From Octopus vulgaris (lineage: Eukaryota), in NCBI GenBank assembly GCA_951406725.2, contig OX597818.1, forward strand, positions 9,920,001-9,984,000: 64,000 bases of DNA, written 5' to 3'. The notes beneath the pieces are model-generated. The model was not told the DNA's origin and did not search any database. It was given only the letters and a program-made list of their open reading frames with translations. The number at the start of each line of letters is the position of its first letter. The first letter of the stretch is position 1. Shown here piece after piece: positions 40,498 to 56,184 of this stretch. Both the position numbers and the translations under genes were made by a program.

Positions 40498-41041
40498 CTT
40501 TTAAGGGGAAAACGTTTGCTTGTTATGGGAACAGTATGTGAAATATCTCTGTCATAATTAGTTAACAGATAGGTCTTTTCCCACGAACAAACGTTATTCG
40601 TGTGTCTATTAAAAACGGTAGATATACTGCTCACAGTTCTTTTCTGTCCATATTTAAACACCAATAAGAAAAAAAAATCCTCATCATTTACGGTATTATT
40701 TGAAATACTCTCAGATAGAATCTTGTTCCATTTCTATTCTAGATATTTCTAATATTATTACTCTGTTTCTCTCTCTTTCTCGTCCCCTCTCTCTCTTTAC
40801 CCATCTATCTGTCTATCTATTAATCTATTCGTTCCTCTATGTATGCACTCTATCTATACTCTCTACCAGCCTTACATTTCATTTATCTATTCTACCCAGT
40901 TTCTCCTCTCATCATTTTAATGCATATATGCAGTATGCGTATGTCAGAAGGAGATAGAATGGGGAGTAGTGTGTCTAAATTTCTGTATATATGTGTGTGT
41001 TAGTGTGTACATACCAACATGCATGCATATATAATAATACA

Positions 41042-41097
<56 letters not shown>

Positions 41098-41244
41098 AAC
41101 ACATTACCCGAGGGGGTGAAACTATTAGTAGTAATATAACCGAAGGAATTTCCATCTTTAAATTGAAATATATTGGTCTCCGTATTCTTGCATTAATTTC
41201 TCTTTTGCTTATATATATATATATATATTGATAGATAGATACGT

Positions 41245-41298
<54 letters not shown>

Positions 41299-41701
41299 GC
41301 ACACACACACACACGCACACACACACACATATGCATGTATGTACATATACTCACACGTGAAAACTAGTAATGAAAATGCATTCATTGCGATACAAACACA
41401 TACACCCACGCAAACACTCACACACACACACACACTCACACACACACACAATACACACACACATACACACACACTCATGCATAGATACACAGACACCCTG
41501 CCAGGCAACACGTGTGCAGCTTGCTTATACACGTCAATATATGTAATCATCTATTTCACGGCTCACACCTTTTATATCATTACGTGGTTCATACATGCAC
41601 TCTCATACACACACCATACACCTAAATTGATGTTTGTGTGAGTATGCATGTGCATTTATATCTATGTGTGTCTGTGTCTCTGTGTCTCTGTGTATGCGTG
41701 T

Positions 41702-41752
<51 letters not shown>

Positions 41753-42239
41753 TTATCGCATTTTATTCATCATGTCTATACAATCAGCAACACAACGTTT
41801 GTAATAGACTTGTTTATCAAAATTTTGTTTGCTCAGTATATTATATCTGCACATGTCCCCATCACTCTGTATGTGCGCACACCACCAACACCACCACCAC
41901 CTCCAACATACATCGCCTCTACACTATCTCATTTAATAACACACCATACACATCGTTTACGCAACGTACAACATATACCATATACATGTATACCAACCCA
42001 TTCTCTCTATTCTCTCTCGATGGAGCTATGCATTTTATGTATTCTAAAGATGGAAAATGACAGTTAATTCTCAGAGGAAACTTTCAAGTGAAATCAAAAC
42101 CATTCCTTGGCTCAGAGGCACTAAGAGCTTTACTGCAATTCTTAATGAAGCCATCAAAACTAATTACTTGAAGACATTTAGATAAAATGCCCTAAATATC
42201 ACCAGACCACTAACAAGATGTTATCACTCGCACCAATCA

Positions 42240-42424
42240 CCCCTCCCACTCTCTCTCTCCAACGCTCTCTGTCTCTCTCACTCTATTATTTTCTTTTGTT
42301 CTCTGATTTCTTCTGTTTCTTTCACTACCTTCTCTCTCTCCCCCTTTAATCTTTCTCTCTCTCTGTTAGATTGTATTGTTCTGTAAATTTCTTTACCTTT
42401 CTATTTCTCTCCCTCTCCCTCTTA

Positions 42425-42464
<40 letters not shown>

Positions 42465-42952
42465 GCTTCCGCGCTGTTATATTCACTTGCCTCCACTTTC
42501 ATTCTCGTTCCCTGACTTATCCCCCTCCATTTTCCCCTCTCTTTCCTTTTCTCTCCTCCCTCTCTTTCTCTCCTCTCTCCCTGTATATCTCTCTCATATT
42601 CTTTTTAATTCTTTGTCCTTTAATTTCATTCTCATACTATCTCCTGCTTCGTCCCACTCTCAAACTCTCTCTCTTCTGTCAACTATCGTTCTGTCTTTCA
42701 TCTCCTATTTCAAGCTCTCCCTCATCCTCTCTCTCTCTCCCTCTCTCTCTCTCTTTCTCTCTCTATCAGTATATCTATCTGTTTTTCTCTTCTATCTACC
42801 ACCATTTTGAGCACGTTCTCTTTACATCATTAACTAGCTTAATTGTCATTCTTTCCTCTTCTCTGCCACACCAACCCTTCACTCCATTACTTCCTCAGTC
42901 ATCTTCGTCTTTCTGTATCTCTCACACACTTACTCCATTTCTTTTCCCCTCC

Positions 42953-43051
<99 letters not shown>

Positions 43052-43230
43052 ACATATATATATATATATATGTATGTATGTGTATATGTATTTATATATA
43101 TATATATATATACACCCACATATTTGCATATGTGACTCTCTTTACACACAAACGTACATACATATATACAGTCATATATACAAATGTATATATATGTGAG
43201 TGTGTATGTGTGTGTGTGCGTGTGTGTGTC
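42240..43230. repeat. Pyrimidine-rich (CT)n tract followed by (TA)n/(TG)n
   Basis: Direct reading. Confidence 0.9.
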
Positions 43231-43399
43231 TAGTACAACTCTCATTAAGCTCACTCTTCCTGTTGCTGCTGTTATCTTTCCACCAATATATTTCATTCAC
43301 TTACCTTCAATAAAAGCAAAATAAAATAACAATGAAACAAAAAAAAACAAACAAAAGGTGAAACAATAAATAAATTGAATACCTCTCTTTCCAAACTGA

Positions 43400-43637
43400 G
43401 ACCACAACGAACACTAACAACTACTACCATCATCACAGCCACCACCAACCAACGTAGTAAGAACCACCACTTACAGCCACAACTATTACTATCACTAGAG
43501 ATACAATTACTATTACCACCAACACTACCACCCATACAGCCACTTCTACCAACAATAACAACAACTACAAATGACTGCAATAAAAACTACCATTGCTGCC
43601 ATTTCCTACACCATCATCGCCGATACCATCACAACTA

Positions 43638-43698
<61 letters not shown>

Positions 43699-44190
43699 CG
43701 ACATTACTCACAACTTATACAATTACAATCACTACTACCACATTTGACAGTAGTAGTATCAATACAATCACACCTATAATTTCAACTACAATAATGTAAC
43801 TTCTATCACTATAAAGAATACTAACAACACCAAGTCTAGTTTCATTTCGGTCACAACTGTATGACTTCCACCATCGCCACTACCGTCTTAACATAATCAC
43901 CACCACTACCACCACCACCACCACCCTCATTACCAATATCACCATAATCACTGCTGATATATATCTCCATCATTAATACCACCAAAACCACCACAAATAC
44001 AGTAACAACACTACCATTATCACAACCACCACAACCATTGTCGCCACTACTGCCAATGCCGCCACTTCTATTACCTCCATCTTCGCCAATAATTTCCCAC
44101 CGTTACTGTTACCATAACTACTAATATTAAAACTACCACGACCATCACCAATGATATATTGCCGGTACCACAGCAACAATACTATTATAT
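43400..44190. repeat. Degenerate (CAC/CTA/CAA)n low-complexity tract
   Basis: Direct reading. Confidence 0.88.
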
Positions 44191-44336
44191 TGAAATGATA
44201 TTACAATATACCCATAATAATTGGTGGCAATATCTTGCTGGTCAAGGTATTGTGTAAGAAGTTTCGTCATTGCGTAACAAGCTTCAAATCTAACATTCTC
44301 TGTAATTACACGAAAAAACACTTCCAAAGACGTAGC

Positions 44337-44384
<48 letters not shown>

Positions 44385-44439
44385 TATATATATTGCCTCA
44401 AAAGACTTTTATGACAGCATCTTAAAGCACTGAGTCCCT

Positions 44440-45280
44440 CAACCCGCTGGGAGATACATTGAAAAGAAAAGAAACATGTGTACAGAAATAGTTGTAACAT
44501 CAATAATTTCACTGGTCTTAAGCACTGCACTAAAATGGCAGCCATAAACAATATTTACAAATATTCAGTGACAGTCGCGCTCCGACCGAGCAAGCTTTTC
44601 CAGCCTTAGCGTTGGCCTTTACTGGATTCTTCGTAAATACACATATAAAAGGGACAGAGGAAGCTAGTGTCAAAGATAATTTTTTCAAGAAAGACAAAAA
44701 ATACAGTGAATTGGATAAACTTTCTGACAGCAATGGATGGGAGAGAATACGCCTTCATGTAGGGATATGTGGTAGAGGAGTTGTTGGAACAAGGGTTCAC
44801 TTGATGTTCAGGAGTCTTGGACCCGCTGCGAAGGAGACAAAAGATATTGCCAGAAAATTGTCTGAAGCCTCTGCAGAAAGAAGAAAATGCACTTGACTCA
44901 AGAGAGAGAACGAGTAGCGCTGCAAGAATAGAAACATCTGGCCACAACACCTGATTCAACAAAGCTTGTGTGAGAGTTTTGTCACCGGCATCGATGGGTG
45001 GCACCGGGCAGCTCTGTAACACCTCTAGAGCTGTTTCAGTCTGGTGAGAAATCGACTCCTGCATTCAGAGACGATGTACATGTGCAAAACACAGGGGTTG
45101 ACCATAATAATTCAGAGAGTAAAGCTGTGTATCGTGCATTATCCAATGGTTGTTCGGCTTTAATGAATATTAATATAACTATTACGATGTATCTGTGGGT
45201 CGCGCCGCGATGGTCAGCCACCAACCTGGGTTTCATAGGAGTGCTTGATCAAAGTAAACCTGGGGCTATTTTACAATAAC
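44440..45280 (+). mobile_element. 3' fragment of RLE-type non-LTR element (HERO/NeSL/R2-like) with putative 3' UTR
   Basis: VTVALRPS (LRPD-like), KKYSEL...NGW...VGICGRGVVG...LG...KLSEASAER in ORF 44612-44896 match the RLE C-terminal pattern K..KY..L..GW..VEVG.RG. Confidence 0.7.
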
Positions 45281-46467
45281 AACAATGACGATGACGATGA
45301 TGACGACTCCATGATGATTTAACAGCTATTTTGGCTGCAACTTGTATGGGCTCTCCTTGATTGATTTAGATAATGCAGTCATAAATTGTATTGGCTATCA
45401 GAAAAGCCAGTAAAAAGTGGGAGTGATTATATATCTGTAATTGAGAATGGACATTTACCTTGGAGTGTTCTTGGCAATCCAAGCGGAGACGACCATCAAA
45501 GGTAAATTAGAATTAGCCAAGGTACCTTTTAATTTCTAATTAATTTGTCATCTACACAATAATGAGTATTCAGCCTTCCTCCATTTCTCTTTCCTACAGT
45601 CTACCTGTCTCACTCCTTCACTCTCTTACATTCTCTGCTCTTCCACACTTGTTCTCTCTTTCTGTCTCTCCTTCTCTTCATCTCTCGCTTTCTCCCCTGT
45701 GTTCGCCCCCCCCCCCTCTCTTTTTTTCTCTCTCTCTCTCTTCATGATTCAAAAGACTCTAATCATTATGTGTTGTAAGAACGACCGATTACCGCTGCTG
45801 CTATTATTGCTGTCGTTATTGCTGCTGTTGCTGCTGCTGTTATTGCAACTATCGCCGTTATTGCTGCTGCTGATGTTGCTGTTGCTGATATTGCTGCCAC
45901 TGCTGCTGCTGCTATTCCGTTATTACTGATTCATTTGTTGCTGCTTCTGTTGCAGCTACGCCCGCTACTGTTGCTATGATCATCAATATTATTGTCGGTG
46001 TCATCGTCAATGGAGAAACTGAAATATCAGATACAGTCAGCTGAATATTTGTTGGTTCATTGTGGTCGTCGACGTCGGTGTCTTTGTTGTTGTTCTTGTT
46101 GCTGCTGCTGCTGTTTTTCCTGTTGTTGCTGCTGCTGCAGTTGTTCTTGTTGTTTAACCGTAGGTCAGCTATAATGATGCGGGTAGACCTAAGATCACAT
46201 GGGTTAAAACCATAATTATTTCATCTTTACTTTTTATTTAGTGGGTAAAAGTGGATGCACAATGGTTATCATGGTCGAATTATTTGTTCTGTTAACATGA
46301 TATGCGTGATTTGAAGCATATTTTGTTGCTATTTCTAGCAAAACCAACGGTCACGCAGGAGCTCAATAACTGCTTGATATCTTTGTTCGAATTATGGAAA
46401 GTTGTCGAAAACTGAACAAGCTGTCGTCAGAAACATACAGGCATAACTGCATCATATATTAAAACAT

Positions 46468-46518
<51 letters not shown>

Positions 46519-46548
46519 AGAGATTGAATACATATATGTGCATATATA

Positions 46549-46850
46549 CAGTTGTCCTCATAATTATTCATATCCTTGTTAATTTTTGTGATTTTTTCTT
46601 TATTTTTGTAATGAAATGAATGCCTTTCAGGTTTTTTTATGAGTTATATGTAACCAACAAGTGAAATAATAACAACAATACACAATTCTAGAAATTCTTT
46701 ATTTCAGGGGATTTTTATTCATGAATTTTCAAATATGTTAGTCACATATAACTCATAACTCATAAACAAACTTGACAAAATGCACTCATTTCATCAAAAA
46801 AACAAAAAGTCACGAAAATTAACAAGGGTATGAATAATTTTGAGGACTAT
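46549..46850. mobile_element. Tc1/mariner-type MITE (~300 bp)
   Basis: TA-CAGT start; ~45-bp inverted ends gtcctcataattattcatatccttgttaattt / aaattaacaagggtatgaataattttgaggac; right end merges into TA tract. Confidence 0.85.
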
Positions 46851-46870
46851 ATATATATAAATATAAATAA

Positions 46871-46944
<74 letters not shown>

Positions 46945-47153
46945 ATAAACGAGTATTTTATGAAGTTCATAAATTAATAGCTGATTCCGTTGTCATCTTA
47001 TTTTCTTATTACTGCTCTGCACTCGACTATATTTCGTTCAGAAGAATACGTATACAGAGTTTTACAACCAAGTTATTAGCCTCACAACGCCTAAGCGACA
47101 TATATATATATATATGTATATATCTATATCTATCTCTATCTCTCTCGACACGT

Positions 47154-47199
<46 letters not shown>

Positions 47200-48224
47200 C
47201 AGCGTACATGCACTTTGGTCTCTTATATGTAAGTATAAATTTATCGAAATCTTGTACGACTCTGTTCTTTCTATCAGCCCTTTCACGCTTATTCGTTCAT
47301 TCCAATCTCCGTTCTTTCGTTCCCCCTCTCTCAAATTTCCCTGCCTTCTCTCCTTTTTTCCTTGCCCCCCCCCTTAATTCTTTTGTCCCTCTGACTCTAC
47401 CTCTCTCACTTCTCTCCCCACGTGACCGGTGTTCGGCCAAGCCTGATCTTTCTTTCTTGGTTCGGCCGTCGTCCGTGCAACAACTGAAGACACTTGCCCA
47501 AACTGCCAAGCTTCTTACCACACAGTCACTCCTGCACCTATATATATATTCATATCCTGCACCTATATATATATTGATATAAATATATATATATACATAT
47601 ATATATATAAGGTTTATAAAACGTTGAATGTGAGAGAAATTAATGCAATAATTTTACGTCCAACGCAGTAAATATTGACTATTTGCAACGAGACACACTT
47701 AAAGAATGAGATGAGAAAAGAAGGTGAGTGTCGAGTTAGGATCTTAGGCTGGGTCATTCAGCTACCTAAGGCTTCGGTAGAGAGAACGTTGTTCTGAGCG
47801 AGGAGGCGGTGTGCTCATAGGCTAGTGGATGGAGTGTGTTTGCAGGTTCTTGAAAATCAAAATAAAAAGATGTATTTTGCTTCCGTTCTAGGATGTTTTG
47901 TATGTAGCAGTAGTAGCAATCCATTGTGAGATACCTTTCAGGTTTGCGAAGAATCAGCAACAATTAGGTTTTGAAATTCCAAGGAGAGACATTTAACTAA
48001 GCATAGAAATTGTCAGTAGTTATTAGACCTAGCATTTACATCGGATTTCAGAATTTTCATCGAGTGTTATCAAAGCATGGACAAGTTTACAGTTCTATAT
48101 CTAAGAGTTGAGGAATTCTGTAAATAATGGACAAGTTTGTTTTCATAATACAGGTACTGAATGAACAGTTGTGTACAGCGAATGTGTCCTTGACGTAATG
48201 TCGTTAAATTACTGATGATATGAA

Positions 48225-48381
48225 GGCGGCAAGCTGGCAGAATCCTTAGCACACTGGGCAAAATGCATAACGGTTCTTCCTCTGACTTTACGTTCTGAGT
48301 TCAAATACCTCCAAAGTCGACTCTGCTTTTCATCCTTTTGGAATCCTTAAAATATGTTGGTCTTGTGTCAAAATTTGAAAT
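48225..48381 (+). mobile_element. SINE family A
   Basis: ggcggcaagctggcagaatccttagc...gagttcaaat. Confidence 0.8.
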
Positions 48382-51300
48382 TATTATTTTTGATATGACG
48401 TTGCTCTAATGTTACACGAGACAATACTGCAATAATTATTCATATCTTTCATTTTCTTTTCTTCGCTCAGTCTCCCTCTCTGTTCTTCTTCGTGGTTATA
48501 AAGCCCACAGTTATGTAGTATCGCGTTCGATCACACTAAACGCTATTTTGTGGAAGTGTTTTCTGTCATAGTCAGCTGCAGACGGAGAGCAGCTGGAACG
48601 ACGGTTCTAATTAGTCTGCAGTAGACTTGATCTGTCGCACGATTTAACGCTATCATTTGGCTCTTGGATATGTTTTGCGTAGTCCTCTCTGTTATAAGAA
48701 TACGAACAGGAATTTAGAAAAAATTCTCAATCAGTCTAGGAGGCCCTGGAGATTAATATTCAATGTCTTTCTTACTATGACTAAAGCATTAAGACTTTTC
48801 CGACATGTTTCATTTTCCCAGATTCCAGCAGAAAGGGCAGCATTCGGCATCAGAAAGATATAGAGTTGATCGCCTCCTGATGGATAACTTTGGCCCAGAC
48901 AGTTTCAATGATTTTGATGATGTTTTAATAGATATTAACTTACATTTTATGTGAGACATTAAATGTTAAAATATAAGATAATAATACTTAATATGCATGC
49001 ATAAACATATGCATGTACACAAATATCAGTATGATTCTTTATTGATCTTGTTTGAATTTTAGCACATGCAACTTAACCGTATACTTAGAGAGCATACAAT
49101 GCTTTTTTATGACTAGATACGTTGTGTCCACGACAAAGTACTTCACTCCTCATAATCAAATCGTTAAGAAAGCTGTAGTTCATTATTATAACCAAGAAGA
49201 GCATTATTTGATTGACTTGTAGTGTGTTTCACTTAGCTGTACTATTGAACATTCATTTTTGTGAGTTGTGCGTTATTTACTTTGTAAATGTTTTTGCATT
49301 TTATTAGTGTATTCTTTATTCCGTATAATTTCCTCGAGGTCACATTAACTGATGACTGGCCACCATGTATAAGCACACGAGTCTCAACACAAAACAGAAA
49401 AATTCAACCAGAACGAAACCTGATAAACGTTTGAAAAATAATCCACATCAAACCGCTTAAGATGTAAAATTTATGATTACACTGGATTCTTAAGCTGTAC
49501 AGATAAATGTTGATGAAAATATTCACAACGCTATAAGTTATTAAGCTGGTTATGAAGAAAAAATTTTGTCAATCTAAATGTAGGCATGAAGGAAAATTTT
49601 CAAGTAACCAATAATGAAACTGAGAAAAGCATAATTGGTCTTCAGAGGAATCCGTCAATCAGTGAGCCATGTTCTATGCAGTCACCCGATCTGCTCCTCA
49701 ATAACAATCAAATTTCCATCAAATTATATCAAAGTATTGCATAAAGTAAAGGTGATACAGTCGACAATAGAATACCTGTTTTACAAAAAGGTTAAAATCG
49801 TGTGATCATGTTCAACTCGGCCACTGTTGAAATGGCGTTGAAGAACAAGTAAGCAGTTCGACAAAGATGAGAGTAAACATATCAACAATGGTTAATACCC
49901 AAATCAAGAAATAGCTTAGAATCTCAATAGACTAACTCATTTAAGAAAGTACACATTCAATATTAAAACATGTCTGACTCAGAAATAGATGACTTCGAAG
50001 GTAAAAAATACAGAATGAAAATAGAAGAATGCACAATAAAAAAAGAGAAAAATTAGAAACCACATAAAGATAAACACAGCTATAAATAATAAATATACAA
50101 ATCAGAAAAATACATCTAATGCAAATAAAACAAAGAAAACAAACATTTTAAAAACCCGAACACCAGTAAACGTACAGGATTACACCAAGGAAAATATGAA
50201 CACAATTGGATATGAGAAGGATTTAATGGTAGAAAGATTCTTGATTTGGACATTTTGAAAATAACAATAATCTAAAGCAGGAAATGTTTGAAGTATGAAA
50301 ATCAATAAATCTTCATACAGACAAAAAAAATACAAATAAGCCCGTCCCAAAGATAGAACATAATGACAAAAATAATATATGTGATAAAAAAAAAGAGAAA
50401 GTAGGTCATGATAGTCACATTGCAAACAGATGTAAACATCAATATCACTAAGATAATTCAACAAAACAATGCAGAAGCCGAATCAATCACAAATAAAGTG
50501 TATATCTACTCCAAAGTTCTCATATAGCAATATCTCAAACCAAACAAATACTGTGGAAAAAGCAACATAAAGATAAATTCGGAAGATAAAATATGCCTTC
50601 AGTCCTTAATAAGATCGACAATAAAAACACACAAAGCTAAGAAAGCGAGGGAGAGAGATGGGAAGGAAGAGAGAGAAATACTACAGCGATAGAAAATAGG
50701 TAAAAAAAGAACTCGAAATCCAAAATATTTAAAGATAAATATACTTGCTATATCACAATCTACTGTGAGGTAAATAGACACGACAGTCTAACAAAATGGG
50801 CAACGCTTTTAGCATGAACAGGGAATGAATAAAGATAGTAACCTATGAAATAGAGACAAGCCAAAGAAGGACAAAAAATAGCATACTAGAACTTCGGTTG
50901 CTAAATTCGTTATCTGCCCAACAACTATCATGACTGGGGAAAAGAGATGTAGAAAGAAACTGATTGAGATACGAAGCCTCAAAACTGAGATAAGTTTGAT
51001 GTGTAGAAAATCTATATTGTCCAAATAGACACTACTAAAATATACTTAATGCGGTAGATTATAGAAAGTACCTGAAGAGTAGCCGAGTCTTAGCTCAACA
51101 GGAGCATGTAAAGTGGTAGAACTTTCATGGACAGGAACCTACGCCAGGAAGGTTGCTACAGAACGGTTTCAGACGATGAAAGTAACATTGTCAGTTCGCC
51201 TGCGATTACACTGGTGGTTTGTTGTAGCTTTACTTGTCTTTCCTTTAGATGACATTGATAGCGTGGAAATGGGAGATACTGTATAGACAACGTCTGATAT

Positions 51301-51480
51301 TTGCCCGAGAGAGGAATTTTCCCGATGCTGACACATGGACAACACGGAGGTCTTAGATATTTCATGCATATCAGCTGACTGCCTTCAAATCTACCTCTGA
51401 TCAGTGCAGATTATTCAGCTATTCTAAGGGCAGCAACAAATAAATAAATGTATGTATGTATGTATATATACATATATGTG

Positions 51481-51549
<69 letters not shown>

Positions 51550-52164
51550 ATGTGTGTGTGTGTGTATATATAATGATTACCTAAGAATCGAAACGAAAAT
51601 CAAATCAAGTAGTTCAGTTTATGAGACTACATTTATATGATATAAACATTTAAATTTGCTCTGGAAGAAAATTGGTTTTATAATTTTGAATTTTTGCCAA
51701 ATCACGCGATTGCAGTGAATTTATCTGCTTCGAAATTGTTGATTCTCCTCAGAATTCACGCAGCCTGTCAAGTGCCTTGCTGGAGATAGATTAAAACCAT
51801 GAATAAACAAGTAGGGCTATATTCGGTGTGTACCACCCACCTCTCATTCCATTACATAATCGTAAGAAATAATTGACCCAATATTAGCTACAAAGTTAAC
51901 GAATGAAACGAATGGTAAATTTGTCTTGATATATGGTTGGTATTGACTTTTATAGGTTCCAATATCTAAAAATAATTGTGTTGCCATGTACCTGTGTGTG
52001 AGTGTATCTGAATTGCTTTTCACATTCTATGAAACTAATTTCAATCTTCGTATAATCAAGTTACTCGCCCAGATCCACAGTATATATCTAGTTGCTTCCT
52101 TAAACGACAAAATTTCGTAACCCAAAATAAATACAGTATACTTAATAAATACTTAATAAATGAA

Positions 52165-52512
52165 GGTGTGACAATAAGATAAGTTTGCTTCCCATCCAAA
52201 TAGCTCCAGATTCAGTCCAACTGTATGGTACCTTCGACAAGTGTCTTCTACTTTAGCGTTGTGCAGTGGATTCGTGAGACGGAAACTGAAAGAATCCCGT
52301 CGTATGTATGTGTGGTGGGATCCCATCATTGCTTGACAACAGTTGTTGGTGTGTTTACGTCCCCGTAATCTAACGGTTCGACAAAAGAAACTGAAAGAAT
52401 AAGTACCAGGCTTTAAAAAAATTAGTCTCGTAGTCGATTCATTCGAGTGAAAAATCTTCAAGGTGGTCCCTCTGTATAGTCGCAGTCTAATGACGGAAAC
52501 AAGTAAAAGATA
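52165..52512 (+). mobile_element. SINE family B, near full-length, decayed
   Basis: ttgcttccca..ttcagtcc..caagtgtcttcta..gacggaaactgaaagaa.cccgtcg..gaataagtaccaggctt..gaaacaagtaaaaga tail. Confidence 0.75.
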
Positions 52513-55460
52513 GTAATTTTGTTTAGCCGATGAAAATAATTGTAATTCCCAGCCTTAGTTTGTGATGGACACTCAAACGTTGAAACAAAGCAATTATGAT
52601 AAATACATCTACATTTTTAGTTGTCGAATATATTACAAATGGGAATGGGTATTTTTAATGTAAATTTTCAAAGGTCAGTCCCTGGATTGAAACTGGCAAC
52701 TAGCGATCATCATTTATTACACATTAAGCTTCTCAGATTTAGATTTATTTTATACATATAAATAGATTATAAGCAAAAATATAACTTTAGATACTGAACT
52801 AATAGCCTGGCTAAATTAATTACTAGTCACAAGTTTTGCAATAACTAATGTTTTTTCTTTTTGTTGTTGATTTCTTCTTAGTAATTTGTTAAACTAATGT
52901 TTTATTGTTGATTTTGTATTAGTAATCTGTTGATTAAAAGTTTATTAGTACCTCTAGCAAAGGACGTGACGAGCAGTTTCAGTTCTGGAGAGAATAAACA
53001 AGCAGTTTCAGTTCTGGAGAGAATAAACAAGCTGTAAGTCTGTAGAATTACTGATAGCTTTATAAAGCAAATTTTATCCCGCTACAAGTTTAACCGTTTT
53101 AAATCTAATGTATAATTACCTACATACATGCCCCCCCCCCCACAGGTACATATATTGAGGTATTAAACATATGAATATTGCTTTTTAAACTATAAACATC
53201 ATAAATATATCAGTGGTCTTGTGATTACTTTAAAGTACTGTGTTCAACATTTGTACTACTATCATGTTAACAATCAAATCATGTATATCAGTATATGTAT
53301 TGTCGACTGAAAATCTGATTGAACAAACACTAAATGGAAAATGTAATCCTTATCTGATCTCTACCTTCAACATCACCGTTCCACTACAGTATCAGACAGA
53401 TACAAACATTTTCCACCTATTGTAATTTTAGTAATTAACTTTTACCCTGTGCTCAGGTGAATGGCTCTAACCACTGGCGAGATATGTATGTCAAGGATTT
53501 TCAGATTAGATAATACTGTGAACATCTTGCTCGACCTTCAAACAACTTTAATACCAATCTGGCACTCGAAGCTAGTATTCTAGTGATTGACCTCGAAATG
53601 TAGAAAAGCAAAGCTGACATCGGCGAGATTTGAAATTATATTGCGGATGGTCGGAACAAATATAGAAAATAAATTTTCTTCAATACTTGAACGCAACTAT
53701 GGTACAAATAATCTATATATCTATATATCAGGCGTGTAACTCTAGAGTATATTGATCACTTTCGTTGTTTTTCTACCACAAAATGAACAAAGCACATAAA
53801 AACACATCATACATATATGCATATACATGTAATATATATAACTTATATGTATATATTTGCAAGTAGATTCTTAGATAAACATAACCGCCTAATCTCTTAG
53901 AAGCTCAAAATTCTTTAATCCATCCCTATTCTGATATAACTCTTTCTAGTAAACATACTCAACACGTAATCCATCAGCTGGAAATCATTATAACACCCTT
54001 CGCTATTAGATCACCCTTTACATTTATCACTGCTAATGTAAACATTACTCAATTAGTATAACACATATCTGAACAATCTGATTAATTATGCAAGTGGGTA
54101 ATGTGACAAATACATCTCGATGATTTCAACATGTCGATTCAAATCTGTACAATTGGATTTTCTGTTTGCTCTGCTGAGATTAAGGAGACACTATCCATAT
54201 TATTATTTCGCCCTGTTATATATCCTCTTATAAGTGACAATTCTATATTCTTTCTTTTATCTCTTTTTATTTGTCTGTATGAAAGTACACTCCTATTATT
54301 TTCTGTGATATGCTATTTAATCAACCAGACATGGCTCTACTATTCAAAATATTTCGCAACATCCATTCTCATCTTATCAAATATTGATCTCTTACATAGA
54401 CACACGCCCACATATCTCGAGTAAGGTAGCAGAATATTATATTAGTGTCAGAATTTGACCGAGACTTTATGTTACCGACCCCAGAAGAATGAACAGTAAT
54501 GGCTGCTCTAGATGAATTTGGAACATTGTCACTTTCCCCAAAGTATGTGTTTGTAGCCTCTTATCTAAATCTGGATATAGACGCTCTTTACCATCTGCCT
54601 CTCATATCCTAGAATGTAGGGTAATTACCTCTTCTAGTTGTGACAACACCAAAGCCTCCGAGCCAACAAAATCAACCCCTTTGCAATGGCTTGATCAGAT
54701 AGAAATAGCAGCTAAGTCTCGTTTTAACTACATCCTACTAACTTACAATGCAATGACATAATGATTTTTTGTTTTTGTTGTTGTTGCTTAGTGGGTCGAA
54801 GGCATTGTAACAGTACAAAATGAAATATAAATATTTAAGAAAATGGGAGACTCACATGTAGTATAGAGATGAGTTTCGAAATAATAATAAGGAAATTATT
54901 AGTACATATTAATTAACAGCATTAGCATATATAAAAACGGACTAAAAACAAAATGAAATCTACGCAGTGATTAGAGTAATCTACGCAGTCATAGAGTAGC
55001 ACTTCGATTCACAACCAAAGCAACTGACTTTTCGCAGCCGCTTCTTGCACCTTCGCGAGATTCCCCAATCTCAGTTACCTTTCATAATTTACTATAAAGG
55101 CGGCATTTTTATCCTTCCCTCACATCTCTTGTAAAGTGATGAATCAAGAAGTTAATGAATACTTGGTTTGAGAAGAAAAGCTCCGACCTGAAGATTTTCA
55201 AACGCATTCATCAAGTTTTCTTTTACAATAGCCACCAGATAGAGAGTCAAAATTTACTGGAAGGGGATATTCGATCAAGCCTATCTCTCATGCTTCACTG
55301 GTATTTCATTGTCATAATTTTCTTGTTAATTGTTTTTGCCTTAATTGTTTGCATGTGTTTATCTAAACTTCTTCTTTCTTTGTTCTGTTCTAAAGGTGAT
55401 TTTGTGTTGTGGCCAATAAAGAAAGTAGTATTATTACTACTAATGTTATTCCAAGTCTTA

Positions 55461-55630
55461 GTGAGCTAGTAGACTTGTTAGCACGCTGAGCGAAATGTTA
55501 GCGACATTTCGCTCGTCTTTGCGTTCTCAGATCAAATTCCACCGAGGTCGGCTTTGCCTTTCATCATTTCAGTGTTGATAAAATAATTACCAGATGAATT
55601 GCTGGGGTCAATGTAACCGACTTATCCCCA
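55461..55630 (+). mobile_element. SINE family A
   Basis: gagctagtagacttgttagcacgc...ccgaggtcggctttgcctttcatc. Confidence 0.8.
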
Positions 55631-55965
55631 TCAATATTATTCCAAGTTTTTCGTGAAGATCTATCATCCAATTTCTCTTGGCTCAAAAGGGTTGGAAGTT
55701 TTCCTCCGTCTGATGGCTGTAGGGAAGAAGGATCTGAGCATGAAATGATTTAAAACAGGCGCTTTACATTTTAACCAAACCCTTATTATTTTTAAGCTTC
55801 TTTGGGGGAGAAAAGGGATGTCCTGTAAATCTTGAAAAGTCGGCTAAGCGAACGGTTTCATTCGAAGCATGCACCTGAAGGCTAGGGAGTGACAAGTGAG
55901 AGAGGTTATTCGCCATTTCTTGTCAGAATGATCAGGTATTTTTGCGGCTTCTTGATTGTCTAGAG

Positions 55966-56184
55966 CAGTAGTTTTCAACGAGGGTTTCGCGGAACCTTAG
56001 GCTTCCGCCAGTACAGTCTAGGGGTTCCGCAAGAAGTTACAAAACTGCTAAAATCGGCAGTAATTTTTAATTCTCCTGTGCAGATATGCGTGCATAAGAC
56101 TATTAAATTATTGCACAGGGGTTCCTCGAGCCAGTGGAATGTTTCCTTGGGGTTCCGCTCCAGCAAAAAGTTTGAAAAGCACTG
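55966..56184. mobile_element. hAT (Charlie-like) non-autonomous element, 219 bp
   Basis: TIRs cagtagttttcaa / ttgaaaagcactg; perfect 8-bp target-site duplication gtctagag (55958-55965, 56185-56192); internal ggggttcc motifs. Confidence 0.93.

Noticed and set aside
43296-43310. Minus-strand splice donor AAG/GTAAGT
   Set aside because: Upstream sequence is low-complexity with no supportable exon; such motifs occur by chance
49500-51400. A-rich stretch possibly a LINE ORF1 remnant
   Set aside because: Motifs too decayed to assign by eye
52972-53032. 29-bp direct repeat (CRISPR-like length)
   Set aside because: Two adjacent copies with no spacer in eukaryotic DNA; simple slippage duplication
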